The notes beneath the pieces were generated by a model that was given only the letters and a program-made list of their open reading frames with translations, had not been told where the DNA came from and did no database searches. From IMG/VR virus record IMGVR_UViG_3300020468_000072, positions 1 to 24,145 of that record: a stretch of 24,145 bases of DNA; one strand, 5' to 3'. The position numbers were made by a program, and so were the translations under genes. This stretch comes from a virus. Taxonomy: Duplodnaviria; Caudoviricetes. Positions 8,301 through 16,219 of this stretch are shown here, piece by piece (within the stretch, counting starts at the first letter, position 1; the number at the start of each line of letters is the position of its first letter).

Positions 8301-10745
8301 AACTTCTTGATTGCCATTATCTCCTTTCATAATAATTCCATCATGCCCTAACTCTTTTAACCTTTCTTGAAAACCGTTAGCTGCTGTTTCACCACCACGT
8401 TTTAATTCAATTTTTTCTTGTATAGTCGCATAATATGGATTTTCTAAACGCACATACAAAGGTAAAACATCTTGTGCAGTATTTCCTTTTCTTTGAGTTT
8501 CGTATGACGCAGCCAAATTTTGTGCATCTTTACCACGCACCAAATATATTCCTTTACCAAAAGCACCAATATCTTTTTTGTTTGGATGATTAACATCAAA
8601 TTCATTTATATTATCTTGCGTACCATGATATAAAATTTCAGCATTGTCATTTTTATCTTTAAAAACTGATTTACCAATAAATTTTAAAAATTGTGCTGTA
8701 TCTGTTTTGGCTGTGCCATTTTGATTAAATAATTGTTCTTGTGGTGAAATTTGTACTTGGTCTGTACTAACTACTTTATATGGAAATCTTTTTGCAAATT
8801 CTTCTGGTAAAATTCCTAATTTATTACTTTGCGTAATAACGTAATCACGATAAAAATTTGAAGCTATTTGTAAACTTTTTTGTGTTTTAAATCTGCCTGT
8901 ACCTTTAAGCATATTAACAAAATCTTTTTTGACTTTATTAGCACTTTTACTAAAATCACTAGATTCTTTATTTTTGTTTGCTAATACTTGTATAGCTTCT
9001 TTTTTTAGTTTTTCTTTGTTAGCTAAAAAGTTTGTATTTTCGGCTCTACTAAAAGTGTCTTTATCTTTACGAAGATGGTCTTGTAATAAAAGATCAATTT
9101 CTGTACCTGCAAATTTTGCAGCATAATCACCTGTAGGAATTATTATGTCAGTACCTACTAATGTACCGTTTTTACTTGCGTCTGTTAATTGTTTAGCAAC
9201 TTCTGGTGATACTGCATTTACATCTTCCATCGTTAATCCACGACTATTCATTACATTAAGAAGAGTTTGTGCGTCTAAATAAAATTCTTTAATTCCATTT
9301 TCGTCACCTAATTGTTGTGCAAAAATATTAAATAATCTTGGGTTTCTTTCTTTTAATTTGCTGTTTGCTGATTGTGTTGCTAAATTTTCAAAAAATATAG
9401 AATCTTCTTTTGCTTGATTAGATTTATTTAAATCATATGAAAAAGAATACACACTACCCGGTAAACCAACTAAAACCATACCTTGCATAGTTCTTGCAAA
9501 AGTTGTGCCTAACCTAACAGCAACTCTACCTAAACCATCTGCACTGGTAAGGTCTTTTTCTAAATCACTATCTTGTAATGTAATTGCTAAATCACGACCT
9601 ATAACATTAGCTAATTCTTGCCCTACTTCAGTAAGGCCTTCATATGTGTTGTTTAATAAATAATTTTTTGCAAGATTTTTTAATGCTAATTTTCTTGATG
9701 GTTTTATTAATTCTTTAGCTATAACTTTTGTTGTTTGTTTTGCTAATGTTTTTCTTATAGGAGCAGTTACAAAACCTAAACCGACAAGTTCTAAAGCTGC
9801 ATTAGTAACACCAACACCTGCTGCAATATATTTTGATGACTCTTTATCAAGTCCTTCATCTAATAAATCCAAGTACATTGAACCTGCTTCTATAGCATAA
9901 GAATCGGCAGCCAATGTAGACATAAAACCAACAACCCACCCAGATTTTGCACCTGCAACTGCTCCCGGTATTGCGCCTACTCCACCTGCTACTGAACCTG
10001 TACCTGCTCCTATTAAACCTCCAGTTATTGCACCTGTTGTACCACCTGCAACTGCGTAAGGTAATGTCTTTGAGTACTGTCCAAATATTGCAAAACCTTC
10101 TTCAAAAATTCCTGTACCATCTCTTGCATACTCTTCTAACCTTTTATCAATTTCTGCTATTTGTAAAAAATCTTCTTCATCAGCTAAACCAAATTGTGCT
10201 TTAGTACCAATTCTACCTCTTCTTACTTGTAATCTACCTTTTGCCCAACCTTGACCTATATTCTCAGGTATTTTACCTGTAGATTTAAAAAGTCTTTCTA
10301 ACCCTTCTAAATTAGCAAGATTGTCATTTGCCAAAGCAGCAAATGTAGGATCAGTCAATTGTTTATATAATACTGGGCTATTATCTCTAGCAAATTCTAA
10401 TTCTTCTAATCTATCTCTTCTTTGTTTTTCAATCATTAACGTGACAGCTTGGTCACTATTTAAAGCAAATTCTTTTGGTAAACCTAGCTCATCTGCTAAT
10501 CGTGATGCTTCACCAACTTTGTCTGGATCTTTATCTATAACAAGTTGCAAATTAGCTTTAACTTGATTACGCATATTTTGTTCATCTTGTTCATGAAATT
10601 TTGCGTATGGATTTACATCTGTATCATCGATTTTTATTTCATTCTCTTTATCAATATTTTGACTTGGTGCTAAATTTAAAATATTTTCATTTTGCAATTC
10701 ATCGTCTTCTTTATGAAATTTTAAATATGGATTTGAAAGAGTCAT
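2328..10745 (-). CDS. Giant internal virion/ejection protein (T7 gp16 / BPP-1 Bbp10 position), polyvalent: ART-like, HhH-glycosylase-like, second ART-like and HExxH metallopeptidase domains
   Basis: 2805 aa, last of three genes after the nozzle. Gly/Ala-rich hydrophobic region ~aa 230-330; YHGT...GKGIY...GHDGII...EVVVFDNNQIRS (aa 706-825); GWY...GPKIGNGFFANL...TMDRW...LQALLW (aa ~940-1265); YHHT...VYVT...YGD...LDDEFP (aa ~1371-1445); HETAH (aa 1493) plus HEAFA (aa 1547); C-terminal hydrophobic segments. Confidence 0.85.
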   Translation of the reverse strand: MTLSNPYLKFHKEDDELQNENILNLAPSQNIDKENEIKIDDTDVNPYAKFHEQDEQNMRNQVKANLQLVIDKDPDKVGEASRLADELGLPKEFALNSDQAVTLMIEKQRRDRLEELEFARDNSPVLYKQLTDPTFAALANDNLANLEGLERLFKSTGKIPENIGQGWAKGRLQVRRGRIGTKAQFGLADEEDFLQIAEIDKRLEEYARDGTGIFEEGFAIFGQYSKTLPYAVAGGTTGAITGGLIGAGTGSVAGGVGAIPGAVAGAKSGWVVGFMSTLAADSYAIEAGSMYLDLLDEGLDKESSKYIAAGVGVTNAALELVGLGFVTAPIRKTLAKQTTKVIAKELIKPSRKLALKNLAKNYLLNNTYEGLTEVGQELANVIGRDLAITLQDSDLEKDLTSADGLGRVAVRLGTTFARTMQGMVLVGLPGSVYSFSYDLNKSNQAKEDSIFFENLATQSANSKLKERNPRLFNIFAQQLGDENGIKEFYLDAQTLLNVMNSRGLTMEDVNAVSPEVAKQLTDASKNGTLVGTDIIIPTGDYAAKFAGTEIDLLLQDHLRKDKDTFSRAENTNFLANKEKLKKEAIQVLANKNKESSDFSKSANKVKKDFVNMLKGTGRFKTQKSLQIASNFYRDYVITQSNKLGILPEEFAKRFPYKVVSTDQVQISPQEQLFNQNGTAKTDTAQFLKFIGKSVFKDKNDNAEILYHGTQDNINEFDVNHPNKKDIGAFGKGIYLVRGKDAQNLAASYETQRKGNTAQDVLPLYVRLENPYYATIQEKIELKRGGETAANGFQERLKELGHDGIIMKGDNGNQEVVVFDNNQIRSLTESNTWATDVADIIKQQDLINEEIFAQRTQPQEQGKPIPDTIFDVANLEAAFNFAKGKSYKTNRDFKIAIQKLVVDAAKKAGVDVKEFTAEVEKYLVKTVLADAKFALIENSNAVGWYNEKVSKAKALLALIHPELATEPEANFAFTWALANTSNGIKVDKNFQLAEEAYSYYIVNGKFPTKIGIGDAADAINRNFKLFNRLIEEKGFESFENFMKTTHTVKEVEAYTNDEVSGETQGEIVYGAAVMGPKIGNGFFANLYGNYEQLTMDRWLMRTWGRMRGELVIDYSKQAKVKRGQLKELVKALSLKEKKLLSEIIGVKVKLSNIDEVGVAIQKASTKKANRKKMNEIATVKDKVERKQFLLDLLGTPQKRYPHISIGGEIRKGGNALAKYLDGQKEAPKGAPERRNIRKVFSQVLTELQQTQKDLTMADLQALLWYPERRLYDAAKLDSQETNSGYEDNEAPDYANAAESLARQQGVSDADIQTTLQEVDNELKRQAIERTRRSESGEGGTGGIREVNTFQQQGRIDESTGLPLNTDGTVTVYHHTNKRAADNIRKSSELRSAGEPDVYVTTRTIPDTGYGDTSVGLRVNPSRLKLDDEFPNGRKDFRLSVGKPRGSIRVDVIDLEKESKILSQQQIPGNARGGFDPKTLTAFLSKESDMSTFLHETAHFMLTVHEDLVLSGQATTEMQNDFNVLLNFWGVKDVDTWSKLTLKQKRKYHEAFAYNYEIYITEQKAAPSIELQNIFREFTKYLTRIYNSISGELNDLYREENGTDLPVLTDEVRSVMDRMLASQEAITQAEQIYGMKPMFATQQESGMDDATWKQYTDAIKEYEDLAIESLTKASMRQIPWIKNKIFKLEKQQQKQIEKIRKKVTEEITKDVENERLYKLQNFLKRGLWNDKDGTQFESLESNKIDIKDLKNLVPFYDMASEIKKLGTGQYGMVGKNGLPVDMVAEMFGFETGLDMINGLVNLEPIKDVIKQRVEDRMLNEYSGLTDPRQQELQLQEALHNEARAKFLAIELKFLNKTMQPVRQQVVAARLVARDILASMKLRDIRPTVFAQNEKRARKALEKAMRTGDVRGAIEAKRSELLNSQLAREAVEVQKHRDKFNKRIKDIFKYNEKTDSRESNYVNAAKEILTFFGEGPEIESDESYVSKLEKYDKDTFNEIDLVITSAKELPGREIKDLTSQDFDTLDEIIQSLWYQSRRTKQMRVEGKLIEKQVIKDDLIPKLQNMDQSASEDFGEAGETNFWERQIMKLEGIKSGLRRVESWCKSKDGEGSPRIIRGGGALGGGVLVSKKGEVAGSFTKYIWRVLKDPINKWRSERPKWTGRYVKLLEQVDFRKGLIKAPELVNNKGISYTFGRERGMGKAELLGAMLHTGNKSNLEKLIVGRGWGEFRDDGSLDTRKWDTFVDRMINEGYLTLKDFEFLQSVWDLNQEMLPLTQQAHKEVFGYYFKEIGATPIVNKFGTFRGGYVPAALDKNINRKELGLQQTLDNVREEMRYAVPAVPRGFTKPRTRSMKALSFNLGVQAQHMDNSLRFAYIQPAVTDLVRLFKDKEFSSALGRVDPTAIDKMLIPWLRNAASQRTTLGEDHFVNQAISAITRSTSLNYMFLSIKNGMQQITGLIPARLEIEHKYLNDAFRRYTREPHQMANEVAQMSPFMRDRQVNQMFDVQDQMNDLILNPQRFEKLQAWARKNGYVVQQFFQNYVDSVVWIAKYNQVSANAPTTMTEAQIQQEAIQQADGAVRMTQDSLLPEDVASYQIAEPFFKAMFQFTSYFNAQANLNSTQYKALIKEIGFTSKKFSGQMLFTFLFGLALPALVSEAIQEAAGGGLVDDDEDGFVDELFEFGFMSIARYGTAFVPLGSTLFMAPLNQIDSKRYNDRITLSPSISLINTTVQGTTRFIWNLPGVIKGEKEVSGYDVRSGLTALSLLTKFPTYFAAKPIGLLVDLKNGKWTPRGPLDLIRAIVTGQKGEGRN
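6401..6790 (-). CDS. Nested +1-frame gene inside the giant ejection protein; 129-aa acidic protein of unknown function
   Basis: AGGAGGT-AGACA-ATG (SD at 6802-6796); 26 D/E versus 5 K/R; host-frame codons over the ART-like domain avoid TTA/GTA/ATA, which keeps the +1 frame open. Confidence 0.6.
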   Translation of the reverse strand: MNSNVRPLSAQEEVNLEKEEQEEYERLILSNNKEELTNQQDSPLTQTEQLPFTTTPTNEQQTTSESPVNLEVLENLMSTLPPELSQILAMVIPQLDSESTLLDLSSMMNSQTDEKISDSQLENLEGLFE

Positions 10746-10750
10746 AATGT

Positions 10751-13111
10751 TTATCCCATGATGTTAAAAGTTTGTACATACTTGCGTGTAGTACCTGTAT
10801 CAGAACTAACTATGTCTCCGTTTTTATTGTACTTAGGAGTTTTGTCACCCTTTTCTGTTTCTCTTGGCATACCTTCACGAATCCAGTATTCAGCAATTTG
10901 TTGTTCAGTTGGTCGACCTTTGCCTGAGTCTATAAATGATTGAACTATTTGTTTTCTTTGATATTTATTTATTGCTCTTAAAAATACTTTTTTATTTCCT
11001 ACTTTTACATATGCTTTTTGATATTCATCTTCATCAACAGCACCAAGAGGAAATATTTGTTTACCTTTGCCTTGCATAAGAATTTTATCATTTAATACAA
11101 ACGCAACAGCATCTTGCTTTTCTTTAAAAGATAATTTACTACCTTTTTGAGTTTGCCTTTTATTTATTTCTTCTTTTACTGCAAGCCTTACATCTCTATA
11201 ATCACTTCCTATATCTGTATTTTTTAATAATTTTTCAAATCCATAATCTTTTAATGCAGTGTCAAAAATATCTGCATCTACTTTAGCTTCTAACACTGAT
11301 CCTGTTCCACCTGCTTGTAATTTTTTAGATTCTTCTACATATTCTAAATAATCACTTTGTGTAAGTTTTCCTCTGTATTTATTTAATTTGTTTATATCTG
11401 CAACTACTTCTGGGTTTTTATCTAAAAATAAAATTGTATTTGTATCTGATTTTTCTGAGTGACCATTTCTTAATAACAATTGATCTTCTCTTGTAAAATC
11501 TTCTATATCAATGCCGTTGTCTGCTAACTTAGTCCATCCATCTTTATCAGAATATGCAATTTCTTGTGCTGCTTCTAAATTAGCATCATAAATTTCTTCT
11601 TTACCTTTTTTTTCCTCTTTATAATTTCTTTCCAGTTCTGCTAATGCATATGTAAGTTGATCTTCGTCTTGTATAGTATCTTTTAATTTTTTCTTTAAAT
11701 CAACTAATAATGGCATTTTTGTTTTTTCATCTACCTTATATGAAGGCCCATCGTTAGGGTCGTAATCATAATTAATATCTGATTTTAATATTTGTAAATC
11801 ATTAGCAACCATTGTTGCAAAAGGATTATCTGCTCCTATTTTGTTAACCATATCTTCATTTGTGTAACCTATAACTAAATCAATTAATTTTTCATTGTAT
11901 CCGTCAGAGTCTTTGTCTACACCAGATTTTTTTAATTCACTTTTTGCTTTTGAAAAATATGAATCTGCTTTTTTAATACCTAAATGTTTACCAGCAAAAA
12001 GATGTATTGTTTGATGTTGTGGAAGTAAACTTAAACCAGAATCTTCTTGATAATATTTAGATGTATTTTGTACTTGTTCTAAAAATTCTTTAGCATCCGA
12101 TTCATTTAATTGACTAGTATCTATTTCATCAGGTCTAAAACCATATTTGACAGTTCTACCAGTACCATCATCAGTATGATTAAAACTATCTAATGAAAAT
12201 AATTTATTTGCTTTATCTGTATATGAACCGCTATTAGTATCACCACGATCAGTTAAAATTGCATTTGCTTTTATTTCCCCTTTTTGTTTGTTATAACCAG
12301 TAAGAATTTTTGACGCATAAGTATTGTATGTTGCTGCATCAACCCTGCCTTCATTAGTTTCACTATCTAAATATGCTTTTGCATCGTCAAAATCTTTCTT
12401 TGAAATCATTTGATTTAAAGTAGATACGTTAATTTTATTTATAACCTTTTGTATCAACCCTGCTCTTTGTGAACTATTTTCTGGCCAACCTTTATTATCT
12501 GCATATCTAGAAGCTAATAACAAACTAATAGCTTTGTGTTTACTAAATTCACCAGAACCATCATGCCAATCTTCATAATTTTGCCCAGTTGTATCTGCAA
12601 TAATATCTATTTCATTTAAAAATTCATTATCACGATATCCTTGAAATTCTGTAATTTCATGTTTAGTCATGAACATATTTGCAGAATTTAATGTACTTGC
12701 TGCTTTTGTTTTAAACAATAATTTCTGTGTATTGTTTTCTAGCGATTCTTCAAACTCTTCTGATAATTTTGTAAGGTCAGCTTTAGTCTGATCAAGAACA
12801 GTTATAGGATCATCATTCTCGTCATAACCAACTATTTTTATTGCATTTTCACCTTCTAAAGATGCAAAGTTTAATTTTGTTTCATTTACTTTAGCTATAT
12901 ATTCATTGTGTTTTTGTGTATATACTGCATCATCTCTTTCGTCTTGTAATTTCTGTGCAACATTACTTATTTGTTGCCCAAGTTGCATTTGGCCTTTTGC
13001 TAATTGTTTTAACGGTGCGCTTTTTTCATCCGACATTTGCTGGATGCTGCCACCCTGCAACATAGTAGGTGCATTACTTTCTATCTGAACTGTTGGTACT
13101 TCTAAAACCAT
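10751..13111 (-). CDS. Internal virion/ejection protein (T7 gp15-like position)
   Basis: 786 aa, helical and charged, middle of the three post-nozzle genes; assignment by synteny. Confidence 0.65.
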   Translation of the reverse strand: MVLEVPTVQIESNAPTMLQGGSIQQMSDEKSAPLKQLAKGQMQLGQQISNVAQKLQDERDDAVYTQKHNEYIAKVNETKLNFASLEGENAIKIVGYDENDDPITVLDQTKADLTKLSEEFEESLENNTQKLLFKTKAASTLNSANMFMTKHEITEFQGYRDNEFLNEIDIIADTTGQNYEDWHDGSGEFSKHKAISLLLASRYADNKGWPENSSQRAGLIQKVINKINVSTLNQMISKKDFDDAKAYLDSETNEGRVDAATYNTYASKILTGYNKQKGEIKANAILTDRGDTNSGSYTDKANKLFSLDSFNHTDDGTGRTVKYGFRPDEIDTSQLNESDAKEFLEQVQNTSKYYQEDSGLSLLPQHQTIHLFAGKHLGIKKADSYFSKAKSELKKSGVDKDSDGYNEKLIDLVIGYTNEDMVNKIGADNPFATMVANDLQILKSDINYDYDPNDGPSYKVDEKTKMPLLVDLKKKLKDTIQDEDQLTYALAELERNYKEEKKGKEEIYDANLEAAQEIAYSDKDGWTKLADNGIDIEDFTREDQLLLRNGHSEKSDTNTILFLDKNPEVVADINKLNKYRGKLTQSDYLEYVEESKKLQAGGTGSVLEAKVDADIFDTALKDYGFEKLLKNTDIGSDYRDVRLAVKEEINKRQTQKGSKLSFKEKQDAVAFVLNDKILMQGKGKQIFPLGAVDEDEYQKAYVKVGNKKVFLRAINKYQRKQIVQSFIDSGKGRPTEQQIAEYWIREGMPRETEKGDKTPKYNKNGDIVSSDTGTTRKYVQTFNIMG

Positions 13112-13113
13112 AG

Positions 13114-13680
13114 TTAACCCCAGTGTGTAGATTTTGCAATCTGCCCTATAACACCACCTGCTCCTGTCATTAACGTACTACTCATGTTTAAAAACGGACT
13201 AACGGAACTGGCAGAAGCAAACATATTACCTGCTGATACACCTAACATATCTGATTGAATATTGGCTTGCACTCCTCTCATACGCATATTTCCTACAGCT
13301 TTTACCTTATTAACATTAATAGTTAGCCTATCTATTTCATCCAATACTTCCTGACTTACAGCAACATCTCTTGTACTTCCGTATCCTAAAGTACCTCCTC
13401 TTGCAGCAGTAGACGCAGTTCTTTTACCTTTTTTTAATCCTTGTGCTAAAGATTTAAGTTGTGCTTGTTTGTTGTATTGCCTTGATATATGTTGCGCTTG
13501 ACTTTCTATAGATTTGGCATTTATTTTTGCCATATATTGTTGATGCTCAAATTGTAATGCCTGACTTTTTAATTGGTTTTTTCTAAATTTACTTTCAAAA
13601 TAACTACCTACACCACCAGAAATTAGGCCACCTACTGACATTACATCGCCAAATTGTCCAAACTTCTGTTGCCATGACAT
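13114..13680 (-). CDS. Internal virion/ejection protein (T7 gp14-like)
   Basis: 188 aa; Gly-rich hydrophobic N- and C-termini flanking a Q/A/K-rich coiled coil, AARGG...GS motif; GAGGT SD upstream. Confidence 0.7.
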   Translation of the reverse strand: MSWQQKFGQFGDVMSVGGLISGGVGSYFESKFRKNQLKSQALQFEHQQYMAKINAKSIESQAQHISRQYNKQAQLKSLAQGLKKGKRTASTAARGGTLGYGSTRDVAVSQEVLDEIDRLTINVNKVKAVGNMRMRGVQANIQSDMLGVSAGNMFASASSVSPFLNMSSTLMTGAGGVIGQIAKSTHWG

Positions 13681-13714
13681 TGTTGTACTTACCTCAACGC
13701 ATCCCTATTTTTAT

Positions 13715-13748
13715 AATATACATACACTTTATCTGTTTACGGTCACAC
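13715..13748 (-). promoter_or_regulatory. Putative phage late promoter, copy 2 (ejection-protein operon)
   Basis: GTGTGACCGTAA (13748-13737, overlapping the last base of the nozzle TAG), 16 bp, TATATT (13720-13715). Confidence 0.78.
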
Positions 13749-16216
13749 TATCCACCAATAGCAACTTCTAATGTCATACCTACAACCGTTAATGGTAATG
13801 GATCAGTTTGACGTACAAATAACTGACCATTATCTTGCCATGTTGGAGTAACCATAATTTTTATATCTTCTGTTTTTAATCTAGGTGGTGCGCCATATGC
13901 TTCAGTTGTACGTTGTTTTGCTTCTACTAATTTATCTGCACTAGGGCCAGCAAATATACCAGAAGATTCTAATACTCGTAACCATACATGATTTATATTT
14001 TTTACACGGCCTTGGCCAAACGCTTCTGTCTGCAATGCCATTGGCATACTTTGCAAATCACTTTCGTATTCTAAACCTACATGAACAACACTAGATGCAC
14101 GTTCTAATGTTATAGAACCACTAGACACTACTCTTTGTGGATGTACAGCAGCATCTGCCAATATACTTACTGTTTTGCCTTCTAAATGATCTAACCCAGA
14201 AATAACATTTCTTGCAACTTCATATGTTGTAATTCCTGTATTGCGTAAACTTGCAGGTAAATCTACGTCTAACTTAACTGTTGCTACCGTTTGATTTGTT
14301 GTAGCAGTTATATTGCAACGATAATAATTAGATCCGCTTATTAAAACTATTGCATCGCCTACATCATCAAGACTTGGTGGTGCATTAAATAAATTATAGT
14401 TTGCAGTTATAGTAACGCTTTCTCCTCTTGTATAATTTGTACCGCCAGATATAGTTACTGTTTGGTTTGTATTTGTATTTGTACCGTTGTATGTGCTACC
14501 GCAATCAACAAAAAAACAATCTCGTGCATCATTAAACAATCTTGTACCTAAACGCTCTACATACTTTTTAGTTGCGCCATTAATAGTTCTTTTTACAACA
14601 CAATACAATACGTCATCATTGCCTTCAGACACTACCGCAACGCTTTCAAATGTACCGTCAGTGTCATGCTGATGCCATGCTCCAATAGTTTGTTCTGGAA
14701 CATATGTAAAACCTAATAATTTACCTCCACTGCTTATAAACCAAACAATAGGAATAGGAGCTTTTGATAAAGCCATATCTGTAACAGTTAAATTATCAAA
14801 CAAATGTGGCGCACGCAATGACAAGTCACCAGTAATAAAACCATTAGCTTGCCAGTTATAACCTAGTTCTCTAACGTGACCACCACGAGATGCAGCATAT
14901 ACCATACTGTTATTTACAATTACTGGTTGTGCATTATTAGCACCAACATATGATTGTGGTTTTACAGATATAGAGGTAGGTGTTATAGCATCACTGTTAA
15001 TAGATGATACACGCCACTCTGCTGACCCTGTAAGCATAAGTAAGTTTGTTAGTGGAACTATGTGTCTTATAGTGTTTGATTCACGAGCAGCAACTCTAAA
15101 CTTAATTCGGTCATCATCTCGTATTGGTAAACCAAAAGATAAATTACTTTCAGTACCAGATTTTGTCATCAATATAGTTTGCGGTTCATTATTAGTTCCA
15201 GCAAACACTCTTCGTTGTTCAAAATAAGATACAGCACCGGGAAAATTATTTGTAGATTGAAATTCGTTTTCGTAAATAGGTGGTGTACGAGAAAAGTTTG
15301 GTGCAATATTTGCATCTATAATACTTGTAGAAGTTGTCTCTCCAAGAAAACCATATATACCAGCTTGTTCTTTATATACTCTGTATTTTGATGCTCCACT
15401 AACTGCGTTCCATGAAATAGTATTTTTAGCTCCTGTTACATAAATATTATTTTGTACAGATGCAGAACCTGATTGTGCGCTTTCATCAACAAGGTTACTT
15501 GCCACTGCGGTAACAACATATTCATGAGCTTCATAAGTATCTGTGTTAGTACTACTTGATGAAGGTATATATGCAGATACACTTACACCTGTAGGTGACG
15601 CTAATGGACTTGCAAAGTTAATTGTTCTAAGTTCCCATTTAGTTGCGCTTAATCTTCTTAATTCTCTAGGTGCATGATTAGGATGCACTAATGTCATAAC
15701 GTCAGCAGATTGCACATAATGAACATCAAATAATTCTGCTTGTTGATATGGATGTGGTATTTCGTATATGTTTGGACTTGTAGGTAATGCGTACCAATTA
15801 GTTCCATTTGGTGGTTGGCTATTAGAATGTGCTGTTTTAGCGTAATAATTAACACCACTATATTTTGCTATGTCTCCTATTGCATAGTTTGTACCACTGT
15901 TCCATGCAGCACCATCGCTATAAAATAAAGTTTGTCCTAATGTATGAAATCTAAAATATTCATTACCCATCTCAATTATCATTGTCTGCACTGTAGAAAA
16001 AGTAAAAGATAATAATCTTACGGATTGATTACTGTTTTTTACTTCTCTTACAAACGAAAATCCCGGTCTGTTTTCTGCTGGCCCTTGGGGTTTTGCTACA
16101 AAATTACGCATTGTAGCTGCACCTTGTTGAAATTTGGCATCATCTATACGACCAAACATTTCTGGTGATATTTCACCTCCAGAAAAAGATCTAGAAAACG
16201 TGCGTGTAACTGGCAT
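13748..16216 (-). CDS. Tail nozzle / tail tubular protein B (T7 gp12 / P22 gp10-like) with CBM5/12-like and FN3-like inserts
   Basis: 822 aa; SFSGGEISPEMFGRID start, YVQSADVMTLVH, FPGAVSYFEQRRVFAGT, GAWHQHDT, RQTDPLPLTV end; follows the adaptor. Confidence 0.85.
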   Translation of the reverse strand: MPVTRTFSRSFSGGEISPEMFGRIDDAKFQQGAATMRNFVAKPQGPAENRPGFSFVREVKNSNQSVRLLSFTFSTVQTMIIEMGNEYFRFHTLGQTLFYSDGAAWNSGTNYAIGDIAKYSGVNYYAKTAHSNSQPPNGTNWYALPTSPNIYEIPHPYQQAELFDVHYVQSADVMTLVHPNHAPRELRRLSATKWELRTINFASPLASPTGVSVSAYIPSSSSTNTDTYEAHEYVVTAVASNLVDESAQSGSASVQNNIYVTGAKNTISWNAVSGASKYRVYKEQAGIYGFLGETTSTSIIDANIAPNFSRTPPIYENEFQSTNNFPGAVSYFEQRRVFAGTNNEPQTILMTKSGTESNLSFGLPIRDDDRIKFRVAARESNTIRHIVPLTNLLMLTGSAEWRVSSINSDAITPTSISVKPQSYVGANNAQPVIVNNSMVYAASRGGHVRELGYNWQANGFITGDLSLRAPHLFDNLTVTDMALSKAPIPIVWFISSGGKLLGFTYVPEQTIGAWHQHDTDGTFESVAVVSEGNDDVLYCVVKRTINGATKKYVERLGTRLFNDARDCFFVDCGSTYNGTNTNTNQTVTISGGTNYTRGESVTITANYNLFNAPPSLDDVGDAIVLISGSNYYRCNITATTNQTVATVKLDVDLPASLRNTGITTYEVARNVISGLDHLEGKTVSILADAAVHPQRVVSSGSITLERASSVVHVGLEYESDLQSMPMALQTEAFGQGRVKNINHVWLRVLESSGIFAGPSADKLVEAKQRTTEAYGAPPRLKTEDIKIMVTPTWQDNGQLFVRQTDPLPLTVVGMTLEVAIGG

Positions 16217-16219
16217 TGA

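Noticed and set aside
10441-10456. Inverted repeat GTGAC-AGCTTG-GTCAC, partly resembling the promoter motif
   Set aside because: Only a GTGACC core match, inside coding sequence; a 5-bp stem is expected by chance.
10751-13111. Lytic transglycosylase/lysozyme domain in the 786-aa ejection protein
   Set aside because: Expected by analogy with other podoviruses, but I could not identify the catalytic motifs; needs a profile search.
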